A stretch of DNA of 64,000 nucleotides from Zootoca vivipara (Eukaryota): the NCBI RefSeq assembly GCF_963506605.1, contig NC_083287.1:36022001-36086000 (forward strand), read 5' to 3'. Below, one piece after another: positions 54,376 through 64,000 of the stretch (position 1 is its first letter; every line of letters begins with the position of its first letter). The notes under the pieces are model-generated. The model saw only the letters and a program-made list of their open reading frames with translations. It made no database searches and was not told the origin of the DNA. The position numbers and the translations under genes are program-made.

Positions 54376-56625
54376 GTAATTTCTCCCCACTTCACTTTTA
54401 TATTTCAGCAATATAGAGACCAACATATTGATGGGATGTGGTCATTGAAAAATATATATATTTAGTCGCTTTAAAGAGGGAGAATCTTTTTGAACTTCCC
54501 CATCACATATAAATTTGTAGATATATGGTGCATGCATGCATGCAGGTTGCACAGACATTTCCCCTGTGTAGCAATGGATCTCTGAAGATCACTGGATTAC
54601 TTCAGGCTTTTCTGAAATGTGTTAAATGAGGACGTTGCCCTAGTAATTAACAAAGTAATTCAAAATCTGCCGGGTGCAATGGAGCTGAGATGCTGGACAC
54701 CTTTTAAAATGAGATCCTCTAAAGTAAGAGATCACTTAAAATAAGGAGGTTGTTGTGGTTTTGTGTAGGAGAGAATTGTATCCAGAGAATTGTACTCCAA
54801 TTTGTTCTGGGTTGTTGCAGCCCATAGTTGAAGTCAAAGCCTTTATTTTATTGACTTCTCTTGACAGAACTCTTAAATTTAGTACTGATGAGTCTGTGCT
54901 TCAGGAAACAGAACAATCTTAGTTATATATACCCATATCAATGCATAAGGTTGCTCTCGGGGGCATGTTCTAAAAGTCTTGTTTACAATTATGAGTGCAA
55001 AAGTCTATTTTTAACGATGTTGCATTTATGGTTTAAAATGCGTATCAAAGTAGCTAAAGATACCGCCATAGTTCCTGAGAACTGTGAGCAGAAAGAGGCT
55101 TGCACAAGGGGACTTTCCCATCCCCTCTTCCCTACTGTTAGGGTTGCCATATTTCAAGAAATAAAAACCAGGGCACCCGGGGCGTTGTTGAGGGCCACTT
55201 GCATTAGGTGCTCCTACCTGATTCCCTTTCCCATTGAACCCTAGACCACATCCCCATACTTATCCAGAACGTTCCCTGACCCTGAAGAGAAACATTATTT
55301 CCCTCCCACCACAACCTAATATTTAAGTGAGTGTGCATTAGAATCGGAGCCTTAAAATTGATGGTGATTGTCAGACATATTTCTTGCATTTTACTGCCCC
55401 CTTTGACAAGGCATTTATTATTACAGGGAATTACTGAAGTCTGGAGATATGGGTGTGCTTGACAGGGAGGTGTATTATGTTCCATCTCCACTGGCCTTTT
55501 ATTTAGCATATGATACTGACATGGTGTTAAACTACACTAGGAATTATGAAAATTTATTATTCTTGTTGTAGACTTCTTTTTTAAAAGCGCTCTTGCTGCT
55601 TTGGAGACTCTGAACCAAAGTTCTGTGCTTTATTTTGAAAATAAAACAAAATCTTCTTGTCCACGTTCACCTGGCAGTTTGTAAGCAGTTGGGAGACTTG
55701 GGATGGTTGGAAATTCTAAATCAATTCTTTCGGACAGTGAAAGCTTTTCATTTCTTATCATCATGCCAGGGATGTTAAAGCCTTACAAACATTCATGTGG
55801 GACCCATTTCCTTTTATAGAATAACCAAGGTTTTAGTTATATGTGAGTGTGTGTATGAATATTTTCTAAACACTTTCAGATTAACGCAGTTGTACAGGAA
55901 GCTCATTAATCACTTCTTTTGTCCCATTCTTGTTCACCTGCCATGCTCTGGTACTCAAAAGTTTCAAGGTCAGTGCTTTTAATGTAACTTTTTGCTGGAA
56001 TTGTGGAGATCCAGAGACAATGAGATTAGCTGCACTAAAGACTCATATCTCTTTGATCTTTATTATGCTGAGCACAGCATGTTATAGTACAGGAAACTGC
56101 ACTGACAACAAAACTCAGCTTAGAAAAAAAGCACTCAGTTTTTTCCTAGCTCCCAGAAATAAAGTTTGCCAGCCATTCAGCATTGACTGAGTTCTTTATT
56201 TGAACAGTAGAATGACAAGGTTGTGAATAATTAAGTTCAATAAATTGAGATGACCCCCAATTGAGAAACACCCTCCGTCTGTTTACTGCAGCACTTCGAA
56301 AACTTAATCGTGCCTCAGGCATTTCAAATATAGCACACCTTTTTGTTTAAGACAATTGCCATCTCACGTCTCCAAAGGATATTTCTTCTGATTAAAAGTT
56401 ACAGCTATTACATTATGCTAAAAAAAACCAAGCATAATTAATTTTAGAGTATTGTATATAATTAAATATTTAATGTATTATATGTAATGTAAACACAAAT
56501 AACATAATTGTCCGTTGGTTTTGGAAACTGGTGCTACCCTCCATTATTTTTGAAAACGATTAACTTCCCAAAATCTATGTAGAGGATACATATGACCTTG
56601 AATACTTAGTACTACTAGAACATAT

Positions 56626-56768
56626 ACAGCTCAGTCAGCACAGCATGAGACACTTAATTTCAGGGTTGTGGGTTCAAGCTCCACATTGGGTGGAATATTC
56701 CAGCATTGCAGGGGGTTGGACTAGATGACCACCATGGTCCCTTCAAACTCTGTGATTCTATGATTCTA
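56626..56768 (+). mobile_element. tRNA-Lys-derived SINE with CR1-type 3' tail
   Basis: Head agctcagtc...catgagacacttaatttcagggttgtgggttcaagctccacattggg is a decayed tRNA-Lys(CTT). Tail ggactagatgacc...ggtccctt...(attctatg)n is CR1-like; a tail-only fragment lies at about 50990-51062. Confidence 0.8.
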
Positions 56769-57113
56769 CTATTAAGACACCATCAGGGTACATGGTATCT
56801 TATGAACTGAAGAAGACGGATAGAGAACTATAAGCAAGTATATCCTGCAAGGTGTTTACAGCAAGGAAGGAAGCTGTGTAAGCAGTAGAAGGAGAAGAAA
56901 AGATCATGAGAAAACAATTATATAAATCTATCCTATCCTGAATCTTTTAATATTTTTTAAAAATATTATGGATTTCTTGTTAATTTTACACCATTTTTTA
57001 AATTGTTAAGTGTTTTGTCCCAGGCAATGGTCTCATCTAGACTGATTTCTAGTCAGAGGAGGGTTAGTTCAGGCAGAGATCAAGTAAGGTGGGATCCAGT
57101 CCTACTGAAGGAA

Positions 57114-57129
57114 ATCTATCCATCCATCC

Positions 57130-57172
<43 letters not shown>

Positions 57173-57238
57173 ACCTATCTACCTATCTACCTATCTACCT
57201 ATCTACCTATCTTCCTATCTTCCTACCTACCTATCTAT
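57114..57238. repeat. (TCTA/CCTA)n compound microsatellite
   Basis: Read directly from the sequence. Confidence 0.95.
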
Positions 57239-58010
57239 TTTCAGCTTAGATGCTGTTTTTCAGAACTAAAGGTCCTCCCAAACTGGCTCACAGTCAGAAA
57301 ATTATTAGCAAAACAGCATCAAAATCACATCCCTCAAGTCACATGTAAATTAGACATTTGAAAAATCTACAACTGACAGAACAGTATTATTATTTTTTAT
57401 AAAACACACCATAGAAATCATAACAGCCAGGCTAACACCATCAGATCCCAGCAGTGTTCCCATATCTGTTCCCAAGCTTCCTGAAATACATCCGTCAGCT
57501 GACACAGCAACCTCCAAGTTTCCTGCTACCTTCTGCCTTCAGTAGCAAACCCAACTCTGTTCTCTCGTGTCCATGGATTCTCTCTTGGAAGATTGTTTGA
57601 CACAAATCTTTATCACCTTCTTCACACAGGTTGGCTCAGTTTTCTGCTTTCTCTGTGTGTTAGGGATTCTCCTCTAGCAGAACTGGCAGCCATACCTTCC
57701 AAAGGATGTGGTGTGTTTTCAAATACCCTATTATGCCACCTCTTCCCAACTGCAGCCCTTTGCCATCTCAATGCCAATTGGCCTACTAGCAAATTGGCCC
57801 TACTGGCAAAAGTCAAAATACAACACACTAAAGCAAAACAACAGTAATAACAGCAGATAAAAACCGTGCTTGGGTAGTCACACAACTATTTTGTTTACAC
57901 TGTTATAAAACAGACATGGACATTGGATCAAGTGATTTTAGTTTATCTATGTGTTTATTTTGTAATATAGGGAGAGGGAAGATGAATCAGAATAATAGAA
58001 CCAGACCCAG

Positions 58011-58149
58011 TTACAGGTAGGTAGCCGTGTTGGTGTGCCGTAGTCGAAACAAAAGAATTTTTTTTTTAAAAAAAAAATCCTTCCAGTAGCACCTTAGAGA
58101 CCAACTAAGTTTGTCATTGGTATGAGCTTTCGTGTGCATGCACACTTCT
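58011..58149. mobile_element. Penelope-like terminal fragment (single arm)
   Basis: Same family; truncated just before the hammerhead CTGANGA core on the minus strand. Confidence 0.72.
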
Positions 58150-59032
58150 GCTCAATGGATGCTAGCTTATTGACAACTGCAACAAAACTCATTGATGCTG
58201 GGTCAGATTCTTGGTGAGAAATAATGAGGGGAAGCAGAACTTTTTAGGTGTATGCTCTGAACAAACAGGCATGTATTGCTTAGAGAACATACTTTAGCAT
58301 GCTGTGTCTGTTCACAACAGAGCTGCAAGACAGAATATATGACCCAGTTCACTTCTAGGAATAAAGATTGTGGGATGAATAGAATTTAATGCGAGGGTAG
58401 AAAACTCTTCAAAAGCTTTGTTTTGTCTGCCTGCCCCCAATCTCTTTAACAATAACTTACAATATCCAGATCTGTCAGAGTTTACATGAGAGGACCTTTC
58501 ACCTTGTGAAAAACATGGCTCTTCTGTGCAAGCTTAAATATTTGTATTTTATACTTCCACTTCTCCTGATAACCTCTATCAGTGACCTTGTTATTGTTTC
58601 CACTTCACAAATATCAGTGTAAACTGGGGGTTTATAATGCTATTCATCCCATTTGCCTTGGTATAGTTATCTTGAAGCCTCTCAATACATACTAACTATA
58701 ATATACATGTTTTGTCAAAGGGGGAAAAAGACTGCCAGCTATAGAAGTCGAAATGTTGCTGTGCAAATGTTAGCAGTAAATTTCATTCTACAAGACAGAA
58801 ATGATTTGCAAGTCCTGCTGTGGACACCATTAGCAAAATGCCTTATTTGAAATTCTGATAGTCGTGTTTACAACCATACGATGCAATACAGGGACAGACT
58901 CTGTCTGTGCTCATGCCATTTTCAATGAATCTTCCGTCGCAGTGTTGAATAGTTTCAAAGAACTCTGCTTTCCTACTAAGTGAAACTGATTTTACAATGC
59001 TGCTCCTTTTCATGCGTCATCTTGGACTAGTC

Positions 59033-59762
59033 TATGGTTGCCAGATGTCCCCGTTTCCCCGGATTTACAGATCTGTCCCTGGACAAAATCTGTCCCTGGA
59101 ATGTCCCCAGATTTCATTTAACATCCGCGGATTTATATTTTAAGTGTTGTAGATTTATTAGTAGGGAATGAATGTTGTGGGATTGGTTTAACGGCACAAG
59201 ACACATCATATGGGGACTTCCGGGGAGGCAAAATGGCGGGCGCCACTGCTGAGGGGGAACCGGGGACGCCTGGCGCATCAACTGGGGGAACTGCTGACCC
59301 GCCCCCGTGACCCAAATTGAACCGGGAGTGAGAGCACCCAGCCACCAGGCTGACTGCCCAGCGGCGCTCTTGGGCCATGAAAACCCCGGAGCCAATGCAG
59401 GGAGAAGGAGGAGAGGAGGAGAAGGAAAAGAGAGAAAGAGGAAGGAGGAAAAAAAGAGGGGAGCCCCGACCTTGCCACGCCACTGGCGCCGCTCCCACTG
59501 AGGAGAGGTAGGAGAGCACCGGGAGGGCAAGGACATGTGGAGGAGCCCAGGCCTGACCTGACCTGAGCCTACTCCACGGTGGCTAGCACTCCAAGAGAGC
59601 AGGCTGGGGCCCAGAGGAAGGCCGCACGGCAGAGGAGACCACAGAAGAGAAGACATTACTTCTTAATTTTTTTTAAAAAAATAACTTTCTAAAAAATAAC
59701 TTCTTTTTCTTTTTTAAAAAAGTGTCGCCGGATTTTTTGAAAAAAAAAATCTGGTTACCTTA
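59033..59762. mobile_element. 730-bp non-autonomous hAT (Blackjack-like) element
   Basis: TIRs tatggttgccaga / tctggttacctta; perfect 8-bp TSD gactagtc; GC-rich interior. Confidence 0.82.
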
Positions 59763-60865
59763 GACTAGTCCACAATCCGATGTTTGGTTTCAACCCACTA
59801 ATTCAAGTACAGCAGAATACAACCCTAATTTTTTGTTCTCCAAACCACTGATTAGAATTTTATCTCAAATGGTGAAAACAGATTACACCCATTTAGTAAT
59901 TCTTAAATCTGGATTGATTCCAAGGTTTTCTCTTGTAGCTTGAGTGGTTTGGTAGGTAAAGTAAAATTCCTGCAGGAATAGGCTGGTAATAGAACTTTCT
60001 TCCTACCTCCAAAAGGCAGGAGAAGGTTGGTTCTGCCTGTGTGGCTGGCAAGATCTATTCTGCTCCAACGATTCTTGTACCATGTGGCCCATCATGTGTC
60101 TTAGAAACATTTTTTACAGCTGGGAATGGCTGTTGATGACTTCTGCTACCTTTCAACAATGAAACTATTATTAGCTGTTACTAATAGCCGGTTTCACAGG
60201 GAATGCTTATACCTGTCTGCAGTAGCTATTATTACAGCACAAGCAATCACCTTTTGCCATAGACATCTTATCACCTATCTTTCATCTGTTGAATGGGAAG
60301 TAAAGTGATTCATCTTGTAAAGGAAGAAGAACATAGTATAAAAATGAGCTGGAAAATAGATATTTTAAATTTTCTGGTTTTGGTCTTTGTTTGCCACTCT
60401 CTTCATTTCGTCTTATGTCTGTGTGTTCATTCACAAAAGTGTTGCCTGCTGCTATCATTTTCAGGAGAGAGAAGACTTTTCCTGCATTGCCTAAGATGGC
60501 TGCAGCCCTCTTCAGTCATTAATCTGGACACAAACAAAAGTACAATGAGAACAGAACAGGTCCCACCCTTGACCTCCATGTATTCAAGAGTCCTGTTTTT
60601 GGAACAGGCTATTGTATGCATGATCTTATTTTTCAGGGTTCTGAATCACATGTATGTACCTGGGTGTGCCTGGCTTTTATTTTGATAGTCTCTATACAAA
60701 CAGGAACCTTAAATGCATGGAGGTTGGGAGCAGGGTACCTGGATGTGGAACCCAGAGCCAGAGGGACTTCATTGAGGCTGCTCAGCTGCTGTGCAGGGTA
60801 GCAACTGGTGCTGTGCTTCCCCACATGTCAGCTGTTAGACAGAGAGGATGAGCAGCCTCAACAAA

Positions 60866-61012
60866 TTACAAGTAGGTAGCCGTGTTGGTCTGACGTAGTT
60901 GAAACAAACAAACAAAAAAATTCCTTCCAGTAGCACCTTAGAGACCAACTATATACCTACGACAAACTTAGTTGGTCTTTAAGGTGCTACTGGAAGGAAT
61001 TTTTTTTTTTTT
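60866..61012. mobile_element. Penelope-like terminal fragment, inverted arrangement
   Basis: Same family; 12-bp TSD agcctcaacaaa. Confidence 0.75.
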
Positions 61013-61899
61013 AGCCTCAACAAAGTTCTGCTGCCCCTCTGGCTCACAAGGAGATGCTTCCCAGAGCCCGAAGAGGACATCCTCTTTAAGCTTTGGGGAG
61101 AGTTTCCTCATAACCCACGAGGACTCCCCACTTATGTAAGGGTATCCCCACTTATGCACATTTCACTTAGGTGTGATGGCCCCGGAACATAATCCCCACA
61201 TAAGTGGGGAGTCGCCTGTATAGTGGTTGACGCCCAGTCTTTGGAGATACAAAATCTAGCAGTTTGGTCTGCCTCCACTACTATAAAAAGAATATAAGAA
61301 TTTACCACTACAAATTCCCCTCATTGGTAGGAAGTTTGTGATCCCCACATGTAGATGTGTGGAAGTACACTTCTTCCTTTATTCCTGTTCTGTTTCAAAA
61401 ATTGAGCAGTGTCATTTAAGAAATCACTGTGATGCTTAATATCTTACATCAATTACTTCTGGGCAACATGGTGACTTGCAATAATATTAAAGCTACAATT
61501 AATTAAAACATTGCAACCAGTAAACAATAGAAACTGAATAACACAACAGCAGAAGGAGTCGAACAGTAAAACTAGTGACCATAAAGCAACAAAATCACTG
61601 TGCATTTTGAAGACTTTGCAGCACATGCAAACTCTTTTTTAACATGGCACTTGAAGTAGGCACTGGGTGAATAATTGGGGATACAGAGTCCCAAAGCTAG
61701 GTCACCATGTCAGAAAAGACTCTGTCTCTGGTCACCATCTTCCTAAGATCTGGCAGTAGGAAGCCTGGTGAGGGATGTGGTGTTACTGTGGCAGCAGCAA
61801 CAGAAGAAGATAAAATCTGTGTGGTTGCATTGGGGATGTTAGGAATATGTTTTGGGGAGTCCATCAATGCCATATGTGAAGTCTGAAGTCTGGCTCTTA

Positions 61900-62000
61900 C
61901 TTTGCTTCCAAGTATTCTTCCAAGGCACCCCCAAGTATAGCCCATTGCAGTAGTCTACTATGGATGTTGCCAGGACATGAATACCATGTGGCCAAGCAAA
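61900..62000 (-). mobile_element. Degenerate L2-like LINE fragment
   Basis: Minus-strand peptide HVLATSIVDYCNGLYLGVPWK resembles the L2 HALVTSRLDYCN.LY.GLP motif. Confidence 0.6.
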
Positions 62001-62563
62001 CTCTGTCCAGCAACATGATATAAAACTTGTTTTCAAAAAGTTTTGTGGTTTTTTACTACATTGATTCTAAAAGTTTCTGTGTAGTCATTATCATTATTTG
62101 TTGTAAATCATCCTCAGTTCATGGATTTTATCTTAGAGACACTAACATTTCCTTGGAGTCTATTATGGTCCATGTCCCTGCCCTGTAAGAACAAAAAGTC
62201 CATTTGCTAACAGCTTCTGCAGTCCTCACATGTTTGCTTCAATTCAGTGTATGTGGCCTTAAAAGGCTTTTCTTCTTGATCAGTAGGTTTAGAACTCCAC
62301 CAGAGAGTGCAAGCACATGCATAAATACTTTATGTAGTTTCATTTTGCTCAGTATGGCTATTAATGTGTAAAGTTATTCCTGGGGACACACACACACACA
62401 CCCGGCACGTACCATTCACTTACATTTTCATGGAGACTTCTTTAGCAAGGCATACTTTTTCCTTTTCTTTTTTGTAGCTTAGTCTGAGCTTCAGATACTC
62501 CAAAAGGACTATCTTCCAGCCAAACGATTTCAGAAAAAGTATGATTGTTCCGCCTCCCTCCTC

Positions 62564-64000
62564 TTGTTGTTGTTTAGTCGTTTAGTCGTGTCCGACTCTT
62601 CGTGACCCCATGGACCATAGCACGCCAGGCACTCCTGTCTTGCACTGCCTCCCGCAGTTTGGTCAAACTCATGTTCGTAGCTTCGAGAACACTGTCCAAC
62701 CATCTTGTCCTCTGACGTCCCCTTCTCCTAGTGCCCTCAATCTTTCCCAACATCAGGGTCTTTTCCAAGGATTCTTCTCTTCTCATGAGGTGGCCAAAGT
62801 ATTGGAGCCTCAGCTTCACGATCTGTCCTTCCAGGGAGCACTCAGGGCTGATTTCCTTAAGAATGGATAGGTTTGATCTTCTTGCAGTCCATGGGACTCT
62901 CAAGAGTCTCCTCCAGCACCATAATTCAAAAGCATCAATTCTTCGGCGATCAGCCTTCTTTATGGTCCAGCTCTCACTTCCATACATCACTACTGGGAAA
63001 ACCATAGCTTTAACTATACGGACCTTTGTCGGCAAGGTGATGTCTCTGCTTTTTAAGATGCTGTCTAGGTTTGTCATTGCTTTTCTCCCAAGAAGCAGGC
63101 GTCTTTTAATTTCGTGACTGCTGTCACCATCTGCAGTGATCAAGGAGCCCAAGAAGGTAAAATCTCTCACTGCCTCCATTTCTTCCCCTTCTATTTGCCA
63201 GGAGGTGATGGGACCAGTGGCCATGATCTTGGTTTTTTTGATGTTGAGCTTCAGACCATATTTTGCGCTCTCCTCTTTCACCCTCATTAAAAGGTTCTTT
63301 AATTCCTCCTCGCTTTCTGCCATCAAGGTTGTGTCATCTGCATATCTGAGGTTGTTGATATTTCTTCCGGCAATCTTAATTCCGGCTTGGGATTCATCTA
63401 GTCCAGCCTTTCGCATGATGAATTCTGCATACAAGTTAAATAAGCAGGGAGACAATATACAACCTTGTCGTACTCCTTTCCCAATTTTGAACCACTCAGT
63501 TGTTCCATATCCAGTTCTAACTGTAGCTTCTTGTCCCACATAGAGATTTCTCAGGAGACAGATGAGGTGATCAGGCACTCCCATTTCTTTAAGAACTTGC
63601 CATAGTTTGCTGTGGTCGACACAGTCAAAGGCTTTTGCATAGTCAATGAAGCAGAAGTAGACGTTTTTCTGGAACTCTCTAGCTTTCTCCATAATCCAGC
63701 GCATGTTTGCTATTTGGTCTCTGGTTCCTCTGCCCTTTCGAAATCCAGCTTGCACTTCTGGGAGTTCTTGGTCCGCATACTGCCTAAGCCTGCCTTGTAG
63801 AATTTTAAGCATAACCTTGCTAGCGTGTGAAATGAGCGCAATTGTGCGGTAGTTGGAGCATTCTTTGGCACTGCCCTTCTTTGGAATTGGGATGTAGACT
63901 GATCTTCTCCAATCCTCTGGCCATTGCTGAGTTTTCCAAACTTGCTGGCATATTGGGTGTAGCACCTTAACAGCATCATCTTTTAAAATTTTAAATAGTT
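62564..64000 (-). mobile_element. Young Bov-B copy running off the end of the window
   Basis: Uninterrupted 463-aa RT ORF (62574..63965); (CAA)n tail. Confidence 0.96.

Noticed and set aside
56626-56692. Possible tRNA-Lys gene
   Set aside because: The stems are degenerate and it runs straight into a CR1-type tail, so it is a SINE head.
59114-59656. 180-aa ORF
   Set aside because: Low-complexity GC-rich interior of a non-autonomous hAT element; no transposase motifs.
54376-62563. Next MALRD1 LDLa exon
   Set aside because: No cysteine-patterned exon was found by eye; it probably lies beyond the window.

Overview
Eukaryotic genomic DNA from a squamate reptile, probably a lacertid lizard (inferred from Bov-B LINEs, Sauria SINEs and CR1-tailed tRNA SINEs). 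The + strand carries an internal part of MALRD1 (MAM and LDL-receptor class A domain-containing 1, Diet1). It has 14 intact, phase-consistent GT-AG exons between 6802 and 54375 and one visibly decayed exon at 12096-12312. The gene begins before the window and continues past it. The introns hold four antisense Bov-B copies (one full length with a single nonsense change), six Sauria SINEs (one nested inside another in the opposite orientation), six Penelope-like terminal fragments (two with a minimal hammerhead-ribozyme core on the transcribed strand), a non-autonomous Helitron, several hAT and Tc1/mariner MITEs and microsatellites. Three observations stand out. (1) The broken MAM-end/LDLa exon still has a stop-free, in-frame 3' part containing a strong-Kozak ATG and a signal-peptide-like stretch read out of frame from the old LDLa sequence. 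(2) A perfect 126-bp inverted duplication, with copies 8 kb apart, brackets the two exons upstream of the lesion. (3) An intronic hammerhead motif sits inside a perfect 81-bp hairpin. All calls were made by eye without database searches; family names and comparisons with human MALRD1 come from memory.
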